Shown here: piece after piece, positions 28,762 to 41,024 of the stretch
Layout of the letters: the number at the start of each line of letters is the position of its first letter
Position numbering within the stretch: the stretch's first letter is position 1
Assembly (NCBI GenBank): GCA_963770745.1
Contig: CAVYRA010000001.1
Coordinates: 123,020-187,019 of the forward strand
From: an uncultured Rikenellaceae bacterium
GTDB taxonomy: Bacteria > Bacteroidota > Bacteroidia > Bacteroidales > VadinHA17
DNA length: 64,000 nt
Direction: 5' to 3'
Made by a program: the position numbers and the translations under genes
The notes under the pieces: model-generated
The model's database searches: none
Told to the model about the DNA's origin: nothing
The model's input: only the letters and a program-made list of their open reading frames with translations

Positions 28762-31700
28762 TTAGAAATCAAGTCTGATATTGAATCCGTACGATCTAGT
28801 AGAAGGTATAGCGTTGTTCTCTGCGCCAACAGAAGTGTTACCGGCGCTGTTGCTAACCTCAGGATCAATATGAGGAATGTTCGAATGGATAAGCCACAGG
28901 TTGCGGCCCACCACTGACAGGTTCAGGTTCTTAACCCCGATCTTTCTCAGGAAGTCAACGTTATTGAATGAATAACCTGCAGAGACTTCACGAAGCTTTA
29001 CAAAGCTGCCGTCAAATGTATTCAACTCAGTCTTGGCATAATAATCATAACCCCATCTGTTTGCACTAACATAAGTTGTGTTTGCAACCGGAGCTGTAGC
29101 ATTCGAGCCGTCAGCGTTGATGAACTGTATTGTTCCGTCAGCGAGAACCTTACCGTAAACAGCGTCCTCAATGAGAACTCCGCCTCCGTCTGCAACTGCA
29201 TCCCTGATGTTCTTGCCATTGGCATTTGTAACTGCGGTTTCTTCAAGGATACCGGTATACATCCCGAACATGTGAGTGATCGAGTTGATCAGACCGCCTT
29301 TCCTGAAGTCAACAAGGAAGCTGAAGTTCAGGTTCTTATAGTTGAATGAGTTATTAACACCGCCGAACCAGTCAGGGTAAATGTTACCCAGGTCTGTTCT
29401 GGCACCGGAACGAATGTACCTGCCAGTGGTGGTAACAAGAGGTCTGCCTGAGTACATGTAGTGTGACAGCTGTGTCTCCTCTGCATCGTAATAGACAGGT
29501 GTTGCATTCTCACGCACTATGGCATAGCCCCAGAGTGTACCGTACTCCTGGCCGGGGATTGCATATACATATGCGCCCCAGCTGGCATCATACAGATAAA
29601 GGTATTTCATGTCACCGTACAGCTCAACAACCTTGTTTTCATTGGTTGACCAGTTGACGGTCACGTCCCATGAGAAGTTCGGAGTCTGGACCGGTGAAGC
29701 CATCAGTTGCAGCTCGATACCCTGGTTCTGCAGGTTACCGGCGTTGATAGTCTGAGAGCTGAAACCGGTTGTACGTGATACAGCGATGTTCATGATCTGG
29801 TTGATTGTATTCTCCCTGTAGACGGCTGCATCAAGAGACAGCCTGTTGTTGAAGAACCTAACCTCGAGACCTGCTTCCTTTGAACGCTTCCTCTGAGGTT
29901 TCAGTCCCAGCGGAGGAATAGTGCTTGTATAACCGAGTGACGGGTTGCCGTTGTAGGGATCGCCTGCGCCGTATACACCATTGAGTGAATAAGCACCTGC
30001 GGTACCACCCACTTCCGCATAACTGGCCCTCAGTTTAAGGAAGGATAGAACCTTGGAGTCAAACCCGAAGGCATCAGATATAACCCATGAGAGGGATGCT
30101 GACGGATAGAAATAGGAGTTATTATCAATAGGCAGGGTTGATGACCAGTCATTTCTTCCTGTGAGGTTGAGGAACAACCAGTTTCTGAACCCGAAGTTGG
30201 CCGTTCCGAATACACTCTGCAGCTCGGTGTGTGTCTCGCTGAGGCCTGTTGTGGCTGCAGCAGCAGCGTTGCTTACAGAATAGAGATCGGGAACAATCAG
30301 GTCAGGAACAGTGGTCCTGTGATACTGATAATCATATTTGTTGTATTCAGCACCGACGGCAGCGTCAAAAGCGATGTCACCGAAAGTCTTGACAAACTCA
30401 AGCCTGGCGTTGGCGTTAACCTCCTGCCTGCGGTTTGAATAAGCGTCAAAGCCACCTTCGGGGTCACCGGCACCGATATCTCCCTTGGCTGTTCTCTGCA
30501 TGATATCTTCAACAGACCAGTCTGAACCGGCCATGGCCCTGAAGGTCATCCAGTCAGTGAATTTCCATGCAAAGTTGATGTTGCCGATCATCCTGTCCCT
30601 GTTCCTTGAGTTGGTGCTCTTGTTAAGGGTCCAGTATGGGTTGTTGTGGTAGCTGTGGTTCCAGCTGAATGGCAGGCCGGTCTTCGGGTCTGTCTCATTC
30701 CACTTCTCCTTCAGCACCTCCATGTCAACCTGGCGTCCGAACCACTGCATCAGTGACTGCATCGGGTTCCCGGCGTTATAACCGTTCTCTGCGATGTTGT
30801 CACTTTTGTTGCTGATGTAGTTTGCCGAACCTCCTACAGTGATCTTGCTTGTAACAGCCAGTTCCCCGTTTAAGGCTATAGAGTTCTTTACAAGGTCCGT
30901 GTTGGGAAGGATACCCTTGATATCCTGGTTTGAGAGTGAAAGACGGAAGTTAGCGCCTTCCCTTGCACCTGCAATAGAAAGGTTTGTAGTCCGCTTGAGA
31001 CCTGTCTCAAAGAAATCCTTGATGTTGTTCGGGTGAGCTATCCAGGGCGTCGGGGTCCGGATATCAGTTTCAGGATCATACGGACTGTCAAACTGAGGAA
31101 TCAGTCTTCCGTCAAGCCGGGGTCCCCAGCTTTCATCAACACCGTCGTTGATACCACCGTAATTACCGTCTACATATTCAAATTCTCCGCCACCACCCTG
31201 TCCGTAAAGATTCTGGAACTTGGGAAGAACCAGCGGGTTTTCAAACATTACGTTCTCTTCAAAGGTTACACCAAGACCGGGCTGGCCTGTACGTGACTTA
31301 CCTGATTTGGTGGTGATAAGTACAACGCCGTTGACGGCTCTTGAACCGTACAGTGCGGCTGCACTTGCTCCCTTGAGTACGCTGATGTTCTCAACGTCTG
31401 AAGGGTTGATGTCACTTGACATGTTACCGTAGTCCATCCCGCCGTATGAGCCGGCATCCGAGGTGGAGTTACTGATAGGCACACCGTCAACAACGAACAG
31501 AGGCTGTGTGTTGCCGCTTGCTGAAAGCGAGTTCACACCCCTGATAAGGATCCTCACGCCCGATGCAACACCACCGTCGGTGTTGGAGATCTGAACGCCG
31601 GATAACTTACCCTGGAAAGCGTTAACAATGTTAGATACTTTTGCCTTTTCGATGCTTTCGCCGCCAAGGTCCTGGACTGCATATCCCAGCGCTTTCTTCT

Positions 31701-32046
31701 CGCGTGATATACCCAGGGCGGTTACAACAACTTCTTCAAGGCCAAGCATGTCAGTTACCATAACGACATTGATGGTAGAACGGCCACCGATTTCCTCGGT
31801 TACCGGTTTCATGCCGACAAAGGTAAAGAGAAGCTGAGAGGCGTTGGCTGGCGCTACAACGGTATAAGTACCGTCCGCACCAGTCAGGGTACCAACTGTG
31901 GTACCTCTTACTGTCACACCGGCACTCGGTATGGGCAAGCCATCGTCCGCTGACGTAACAGTACCTTTAATCGTCACCGTCTGTGCCATCAGGGCAGTAC
32001 AGCCCATGAACACAAACAGTGATAGCAACAGTTTGAGTCTGTTCAT
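28762..32046 (-). CDS. SusC/RagA family TonB-dependent outer membrane receptor
   Basis: EEVVVTALGISREKKALGYAVQ, QPLFVVDGVP, VLKGASAAALYGSRA and C-terminal YGFNIRLDF. Confidence 0.97.
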   Translation of the reverse strand: MNRLKLLLSLFVFMGCTALMAQTVTIKGTVTSADDGLPIPSAGVTVRGTTVGTLTGADGTYTVVAPANASQLLFTFVGMKPVTEEIGGRSTINVVMVTDMLGLEEVVVTALGISREKKALGYAVQDLGGESIEKAKVSNIVNAFQGKLSGVQISNTDGGVASGVRILIRGVNSLSASGNTQPLFVVDGVPISNSTSDAGSYGGMDYGNMSSDINPSDVENISVLKGASAAALYGSRAVNGVVLITTKSGKSRTGQPGLGVTFEENVMFENPLVLPKFQNLYGQGGGGEFEYVDGNYGGINDGVDESWGPRLDGRLIPQFDSPYDPETDIRTPTPWIAHPNNIKDFFETGLKRTTNLSIAGAREGANFRLSLSNQDIKGILPNTDLVKNSIALNGELAVTSKITVGGSANYISNKSDNIAENGYNAGNPMQSLMQWFGRQVDMEVLKEKWNETDPKTGLPFSWNHSYHNNPYWTLNKSTNSRNRDRMIGNINFAWKFTDWMTFRAMAGSDWSVEDIMQRTAKGDIGAGDPEGGFDAYSNRRQEVNANARLEFVKTFGDIAFDAAVGAEYNKYDYQYHRTTVPDLIVPDLYSVSNAAAAATTGLSETHTELQSVFGTANFGFRNWLFLNLTGRNDWSSTLPIDNNSYFYPSASLSWVISDAFGFDSKVLSFLKLRASYAEVGGTAGAYSLNGVYGAGDPYNGNPSLGYTSTIPPLGLKPQRKRSKEAGLEVRFFNNRLSLDAAVYRENTINQIMNIAVSRTTGFSSQTINAGNLQNQGIELQLMASPVQTPNFSWDVTVNWSTNENKVVELYGDMKYLYLYDASWGAYVYAIPGQEYGTLWGYAIVRENATPVYYDAEETQLSHYMYSGRPLVTTTGRYIRSGARTDLGNIYPDWFGGVNNSFNYKNLNFSFLVDFRKGGLINSITHMFGMYTGILEETAVTNANGKNIRDAVADGGGVLIEDAVYGKVLADGTIQFINADGSNATAPVANTTYVSANRWGYDYYAKTELNTFDGSFVKLREVSAGYSFNNVDFLRKIGVKNLNLSVVGRNLWLIHSNIPHIDPEVSNSAGNTSVGAENNAIPSTRSYGFNIRLDF

Positions 32047-32352
32047 AGATCAGAGTTTAAGTTTAACAATAGGTTTAGGTTAACAACTTCCTCGTTTGGT
32101 TCAGCGATCACAAGGTGTACGCTTCGCGTCATTTGGAAGGGGATAAATATAGTTAATATTTGCCGCTAATGAATGATTTATTGCTTTTTTTCACTTGTAA
32201 TATAGAAAATTGCACATTTCAGGAAAATGAAAATTCCTCAATCAGGCCGTAATCAATGATCAGACCGGAAGAACCCCGTCAGCCGACAAGAGGGAGGCAT
32301 TCCGGTAAATCAAAGCTATTTTGTACCTTTATTGACGAAACAATATGTAAAT

Positions 32353-33006
32353 ATGAAAGCAGCAGTAGTACTTGCCGGTTGCGGCGTGCAGGACGGTGCC
32401 GAGATCCATGAGGCAGTGATGACATTATACGCGATTGACAGATACGGCGGCACATACCAGATCTTTGCGCCTAACGTGATGCAGCACCATGTAATCAACC
32501 ATATCACCGGCGAAGTGATGAAAGAGTCAAGAAATGTTCTGACGGAGGCCGCCCGGATTGCACGGGGAGAGATCAAAGCCCTGACGGAATACCGGGCAGG
32601 TGATTTTGATGCACTGATCTTCCCGGGAGGGTTCGGAGTGGCCAAAAACCTGTGCACCTACGCCTTTGACGGCCCCGAATGCCATGTCGACAGGGTTGTT
32701 GAGGAGGCAATACGCTCAACACATAAAGCGGGCAAACCCATCGGAGCGCTATGCATATCACCGGTTCTTATCACCAGGGTACTGGGTGATGTGACTGTCA
32801 CCATTGGAAATGATGACCCGACGGCTGCCGACATAAAAGCGTTGGGAGGAACACATGAGAAGAAACAACACGGAGAAGTGACTGTAGACCGTAAGAACCG
32901 TCTTGTCTCTGCGCCCTGCTATATGCTCAATGCCTCTCTTTCAGATATAGCAAGCGATGCCGATGCGGTCATCCGTGCAATTAAAGAGCTGCTCGGTGAG
33001 AGGTGA
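32353..33006 (+). CDS. elbB: Glyoxalase ElbB (DJ-1/ES1 family)
   Basis: VLAGCGVQDGAEIHE, EAARIARG, FPGGFGVAKNL and LCISP motifs. Confidence 0.92.
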   Translation: MKAAVVLAGCGVQDGAEIHEAVMTLYAIDRYGGTYQIFAPNVMQHHVINHITGEVMKESRNVLTEAARIARGEIKALTEYRAGDFDALIFPGGFGVAKNLCTYAFDGPECHVDRVVEEAIRSTHKAGKPIGALCISPVLITRVLGDVTVTIGNDDPTAADIKALGGTHEKKQHGEVTVDRKNRLVSAPCYMLNASLSDIASDADAVIRAIKELLGER

Positions 33007-33663
33007 TCAGAGCCTCCCGGCCTCAATCTCCCTGATAACCTGTTCTATGAGGTAGTCATCACCGGCAGCGTCGTATGATGATTTCAGATTAGCCCCGAAA
33101 ATGCGGGCAATACTCTGCCAGAAGGTGGCGGAGAATTTTCCCCTGTATTGTCTTATGAGATCATATGAGGTGACCTGCGTCTCCCGGTCTATAAGCTTGA
33201 TCAGTATCTTTCCCTGTGAGAAGGTCAGCTTCTTCATATCATCCTCATAGGCGTTGAAAAGTTCCTTTTCGTACTGCTGAAGGAAATTGCGTTTGGCTTT
33301 TTCATCCGGCATCGTCTCAAGCAGCCTGTTGATGCGCCCGAACTCGTCCCTGACCAGCATTGCATATGGATATACCCGTCGTACATTATATACCAGGCGG
33401 GCATGCCTGCGGTAGTCAAACCTCACTCCGCGCGGCATCTTTCCCACAACGACAATCTCCTTCAACTCAACATACGGATACGTCTGTCCGTCAAAGGTGG
33501 CTGTCCTGACCGCCTGGTATACGCCAAGCAAAGTGTCAGCATTAACCTGTGCGACAGTGACCGTGGCAGGGGAAACCGTGACAGGGTTTACTGAATCTCG
33601 CTTCTGACCGTTACCGGTTTGACAAAAAAACAGGAAAAGCAATATGCCGGGAAGCCTTCTCAT
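33007..33663 (-). CDS. DUF4294 domain-containing protein
   Basis: RLVYNVRRVYPYA, KKLTFSQGKILIKLIDRET and FWQSIARIFGANLK are typical of Bacteroidota DUF4294. Confidence 0.85.
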   Translation of the reverse strand: MRRLPGILLFLFFCQTGNGQKRDSVNPVTVSPATVTVAQVNADTLLGVYQAVRTATFDGQTYPYVELKEIVVVGKMPRGVRFDYRRHARLVYNVRRVYPYAMLVRDEFGRINRLLETMPDEKAKRNFLQQYEKELFNAYEDDMKKLTFSQGKILIKLIDRETQVTSYDLIRQYRGKFSATFWQSIARIFGANLKSSYDAAGDDYLIEQVIREIEAGRL

Positions 33664-33768
33664 AAATCTCCTGCAAATTTAACCAATTGTCGTGCCAAAG
33701 GTTCAGGGCACCACAAAACTGATCAATATCATTAAGGCTATACGGCAATCTCATATCTTTGTTGCTTT

Positions 33769-34413
33769 ATGAAACCAACCCCCCGTATAGAAGAGCTTGA
33801 AGATGGCGCACGCTATGAAAAGGTCCTGACTTTGCATTACGGAGAGATAGCGCCTTTCGTCATCAGCCATCTCACACGGTTCAGTATGCCCATGGCACTT
33901 ATCTGGTTCACTGCCGCGGTATCTATCTTTCTTTCAGTATGGTTCTGGCCCGGGTTCAGACACCCGGCGGATGATCCGCAGTTAATCAGGGGACTGGCAG
34001 CAGGACTGCTCTTGATCCCGTTGCTGATGATACCTGTTCATGAAGTGCTGCATCTGGTACCCTTCAGACTTGCCGGAGCCAGGGATATCCGCCTCGGAGC
34101 GGATCTGCGCCAGGGAATATTTTATGTCACGGCTCACCGGTTTGTTGCCGGGAAGAGGCTTTTTACGCTGGTCGCCCTCACACCATTCATAACGATTGGC
34201 GCAGGCTTGCTCATCGCAATGGCGTTCTGCCCATTATGGTGGAAGTGGGTGCTGGCCATGTCACTAACGGTCCATACAACAATGTGCGCAGGCGACGCTG
34301 CACTGCTCGGATGCATGAGCGGATTTAAAAACCGTGATGCATACACATGGGATGACGCCGACAGGAAGGAAGCCTACTTCTATGTGCCGCATAACAGGGA
34401 ATATGATCACTGA
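33769..34413 (+). CDS. DUF3267 family putative membrane zincin peptidase
   Basis: HEVLH (HExxH) inside hydrophobic segments and a CAGD motif. TATCTTTG box at 33754-33761. Confidence 0.7.
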   Translation: MKPTPRIEELEDGARYEKVLTLHYGEIAPFVISHLTRFSMPMALIWFTAAVSIFLSVWFWPGFRHPADDPQLIRGLAAGLLLIPLLMIPVHEVLHLVPFRLAGARDIRLGADLRQGIFYVTAHRFVAGKRLFTLVALTPFITIGAGLLIAMAFCPLWWKWVLAMSLTVHTTMCAGDAALLGCMSGFKNRDAYTWDDADRKEAYFYVPHNREYDH

Positions 34414-34468
34414 GTACCACTGACCTGTGTCAGTAATTTCACTATTTTAAGCCCCGAAAAAGATCCTC

Positions 34469-35908
34469 ATGAACTACTTCTCACGTACAATAAAGAAATT
34501 CCCCAGTCTCTTCTGGATCTCCAACCTCATTGAACTTTTTGAAAGATGGGGATGGTATGCCTTCTACAACGGTTTCTTTGCCATATACCTCACCTCGTCA
34601 CAGGAGTCGGGCGCGCTGGGCTTCTCAAACGTTGAGAAGGGAACCATCATGGGAACCGGATCCATGATCCTCTACCTCCTGCCGGTGATAACAGGCGCCA
34701 TCGCTGACAGGGTGGGATACAAAAAAGTGCTCATCGTCGCTTTCCTGACTTATATTCTCTCTTTCCTCATGCTGAGCAGGTTCGAGACCTTTGGCTCCAT
34801 CTTCGCCGCTTTCATCCTCCTTGCCGTTGCGGGAGCCCTCTTCAAGCCAATCATCTCAGGCACGGTAGCCAGGGTGACCAACAGGGAGACTGCCTCCCTC
34901 GGGTTCGGTATATTTTATATGGTGGTTAACATAGGCGGATTCATTGGCCCTTTTGTTGCCAGCCTGATGTACAAGAACAACTGGGACATGGTTTTCTATA
35001 TGTCGATGGCGGCAATGGCCCTGAACCTCATTCTTGTCATCACCCTTTACAAGGAACCGGCGGTGACAGGGACCGGGAATACATTCCTGCAGAATATCGC
35101 GATAGCATTCAAAAACATCGGGGTAACACTCACCGACTGGAGGTACGTTCTGTTCCTATTAATAATAGGTGTATTCTGGACCGCCTACAACCAGCTCTAT
35201 TATTCGTTCCCGGTATTCCTTGAGACATGGGTGAACCTCGATAAGATGTCAATGACTCTGGGTCTTGATCCGGGCACCATCACAACGGTGACAATTTCAA
35301 GCCTGGCATCGTTCTTCATAATCCTCTTCCAGCTGGTTATCTCCTCTGTCACTGCCAGGGTAAGACCCCTGAATTCCATCATGACCGGGATCTTTATCCT
35401 GGCATTCGGCCTGGGTATGATGTTCGCAAACCTTAACCCATGGATCATTGTGCTTGGGGTGCTGATCTTCGCTATCGGTGAGATGGCCTCATCTCCCAAG
35501 GTGCAGGAGTACCTCGGCGGCATTGCCCCCGCAGACCGCAAGGCACTATATATGGGAACCGCCTTCCTTCCAATCGCCCTGGGTCATCTCGGAGCCGGAT
35601 GGATATCGGGTAAGCCGTACGAGATGATGGCAGATAAAGTATTCCTGCTGAAAAAGGCGGTGACTGAAAAGGGATTTGACATTCCCGATATATCAGCCAC
35701 CTTCACGCAGACCGACTATGTCACCAGGGCACAGGAGCTGTTCGGTATGGATGCTCAGCAACTGACCCGATACCTGTGGGAGACCTATAACCCTTCAAAG
35801 GTGTGGATACTCTTTACAGCTATAGCCATTGCCGCCAGCATTATGCTCTTCCTGTATGACAGGTTCATTTTGCATGGCGGGGAAGTGAATGGACATGGCA
35901 GGCAATAG
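34469..35908 (+). CDS. MFS transporter, POT/peptide-transporter-like
   Basis: ELFERWGWY (ExxER motif), GAIADRVG and FYMVVNIGG, with about 12 TMs. Confidence 0.88.
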   Translation: MNYFSRTIKKFPSLFWISNLIELFERWGWYAFYNGFFAIYLTSSQESGALGFSNVEKGTIMGTGSMILYLLPVITGAIADRVGYKKVLIVAFLTYILSFLMLSRFETFGSIFAAFILLAVAGALFKPIISGTVARVTNRETASLGFGIFYMVVNIGGFIGPFVASLMYKNNWDMVFYMSMAAMALNLILVITLYKEPAVTGTGNTFLQNIAIAFKNIGVTLTDWRYVLFLLIIGVFWTAYNQLYYSFPVFLETWVNLDKMSMTLGLDPGTITTVTISSLASFFIILFQLVISSVTARVRPLNSIMTGIFILAFGLGMMFANLNPWIIVLGVLIFAIGEMASSPKVQEYLGGIAPADRKALYMGTAFLPIALGHLGAGWISGKPYEMMADKVFLLKKAVTEKGFDIPDISATFTQTDYVTRAQELFGMDAQQLTRYLWETYNPSKVWILFTAIAIAASIMLFLYDRFILHGGEVNGHGRQ

Positions 35909-35961
35909 GCAGTAGGCAATAGGTCCGATCAGGCAATAGGCAGTAGGCAATAGGCAATAGT
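35901..35961 (+). repeat. TAGGCA[A/G] heptamer array at the MFS gene 3' end
   Basis: ggcaataggcagtaggcaatagg-tccgatc-aggcaataggcagtaggcaataggcaatagt. It supplies the TAG stop. Confidence 0.88.
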
Positions 35962-35970
35962 GAAATTAAT

Positions 35971-36046
35971 ACGCCGTAGGCGTTAAAGTATTGTAGAACA
36001 GAATAATAGATAGAAATTAATACCCTGTAGGGGTTAAAGTATGGTA
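35971..36046 (+). repeat. Two REP-like GTA-loop hairpin units at 51-nt spacing
   Basis: ACGCC-GTA-GGCGT TAAAGTATTGTAGAACA, then ACCCT-GTA-GGGGT TAAAGTATGGTA. Both are preceded by GAAATTAAT. Confidence 0.78.
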
Positions 36047-36051
36047 CCATC

Positions 36052-37131
36052 ATGAAAACGAAAATCTTCCTCCTGAGTCTCCTGCTCCTGGGCACAATGA
36101 CGCTGTCAGCCCAGAGGCGAATCCTGAACCTGCCTGAACTGCCGGGTTACGTAACCATTAAATGCGACTTTCACTCCCATACCGTATTTTCAGACGGTAA
36201 CGTATGGCCTACGCAGAGGATCGGAGAAGCATGGAGGGACGGACTCGATGCGATTTCGATCACAGACCATATCGAATATCAGCCTAAAAAGCAATACATT
36301 CCTTCAGACCATAACGCGGCTTGGAATATTGCAAAATCAACGGCTGACAACTACAATATTATCCTGGTTCACGGCACCGAGATAACACGGAAAATGCCTC
36401 CCGGACACCTGAATGCACTCTTCATCACCGACGCTGATTCCATCAACCGTCCTGACTTCATGGAGGCGGTGGAAGCTGCAATAAGCCAGGGAGCCTTCAT
36501 CCAGTGGAACCACCCCGGATGGAAGAGCCAGGAGCCGGACGGTATTCCAAAATTTTATCCTGTACACAGTGAACTCATTGCCAAAGGATGGTTGCACGGA
36601 ATCGAGTATGCAAATGAACATGAATTCTATCCCCTGGTGATGGATATGTGCCGCGATAACAAACTCGCCGTTATGGGCAACAGCGATATCCACGGTAACA
36701 TAAGTGAAGAATTCACCGCTCCGGAGTACTCTCACCGCCCGATGACACTGGTCTTTGCAAAGGAACGTACCTCTGAATCAATTAAAGAGGCAATGTTTGC
36801 CGGACGCACTGCCGTGTGGTACGGCGATAATCTTGCCGCCTTTGAGGAGTATGCCATGCCATTGTTCAGATCAGTGGTCACCGCGGGGATACCCTTCAAA
36901 GACGACGGCAAAAGCATATGGTTTGAACTCATCAACAGCTCTGACCTGCCCATGGTACTGAACGACGGACCCGAAGGTGCGCCCGCGGAGCTGAAACTTC
37001 CGGCATCAGGTGTGGTTGTGGTGAAGGCAGACAGGAAATACCTGTCGGAACCCATACCCTATAACGTCAGTAATATCATCACCGGCAGCAACTCGGTGCT
37101 GAGGGTTGAAATAATGCCTGCGAAAAAGTGA
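36052..37131 (+). CDS. Secreted PHP-domain phosphoesterase
   Basis: Signal peptide, DFHSHTVFSDG, ITDHIE, WNHPGW and GNSDIH motifs. Confidence 0.85.
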   Translation: MKTKIFLLSLLLLGTMTLSAQRRILNLPELPGYVTIKCDFHSHTVFSDGNVWPTQRIGEAWRDGLDAISITDHIEYQPKKQYIPSDHNAAWNIAKSTADNYNIILVHGTEITRKMPPGHLNALFITDADSINRPDFMEAVEAAISQGAFIQWNHPGWKSQEPDGIPKFYPVHSELIAKGWLHGIEYANEHEFYPLVMDMCRDNKLAVMGNSDIHGNISEEFTAPEYSHRPMTLVFAKERTSESIKEAMFAGRTAVWYGDNLAAFEEYAMPLFRSVVTAGIPFKDDGKSIWFELINSSDLPMVLNDGPEGAPAELKLPASGVVVVKADRKYLSEPIPYNVSNIITGSNSVLRVEIMPAKK

Positions 37132-37138
37132 TCATGGG

Positions 37139-40381
<3,243 letters not shown>

Positions 40382-40418
40382 TCACTTACGTTTAGATAAA
40401 ACACCGCCAAGGGATATG

Positions 40419-41024
40419 CTATTGATTTCCGCCCTTCTGTCCGCTGCCGATATCCCCGGGACTGTTAATGTTTGTGAATGCCTTTATGGTTTTTACTGTG
40501 CGCGGCAGGTCGAAGTATCTAGTTTGAACCAGCTTGTAATAGTCGATGACTGCCGGACTGCCCCCCGATTTCAGGTATCGCACCAGTCCGCCGTGAAGGC
40601 TTCGGCTGTAAATCGAGTGCAGCGGTTCTGTCAGTTCACCGATCCTGGCTGCCAGGATCTCAGCCGGTTCCCTGCGCATCACCGCCGCCTGTTCCCTGAT
40701 GAGCTCGCCTGAGAGCCAGGGCATGTCACCCCCGAAAACAAACAACAGAGGTGAGGAGGAGGCCTTCATCGCCGCTTCTATTCCTCCGAGCGGCCCCAGC
40801 CCCGGGAAATTGTCCTCAACAGGGATAACCCCGGTTGGCATGGGGCTGCTCCCCGGCCATCCGGCAAGTATAATCTCGCTGAAAAGTGGTTCAAGAAGAG
40901 CTATGGTACGACTGATGATCGGTACTCCCTCTATCTCAATCAGAGCCTTATTGATACCACCGAAGCGCGAGGCCTTACCGCCGGCCAGTACGGCAGCCGA
41001 TATTTCAGGAAAAGTCTTTTTCAG
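40419..41024 (-). CDS. mobA: Molybdenum cofactor guanylyltransferase (MobA-like NTP transferase)
   Basis: VLAGGKASRFGGINKA, GPLGGI, GGDMP, EPLHSIY and NINSP motifs. Start probably the CTG overlapping the fhs TGA. Confidence 0.8.
   Translation of the reverse strand: MKKTFPEISAAVLAGGKASRFGGINKALIEIEGVPIISRTIALLEPLFSEIILAGWPGSSPMPTGVIPVEDNFPGLGPLGGIEAAMKASSSPLLFVFGGDMPWLSGELIREQAAVMRREPAEILAARIGELTEPLHSIYSRSLHGGLVRYLKSGGSPAVIDYYKLVQTRYFDLPRTVKTIKAFTNINSPGDIGSGQKGGNQ

Noticed and set aside
27071..32046. SusC/SusD pair as a polysaccharide utilisation locus
   Set aside because: There are no adjacent CAZymes or regulator, so it looks like a stand-alone RagA/RagB-type pair of unknown substrate.
35962..36046. 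Mini CRISPR array (repeat-spacer-repeat)
   Set aside because: Only two units per locus, repeat stems differ in sequence, the period is about 50 nt, and there are no cas genes. A REP-like element fits better.
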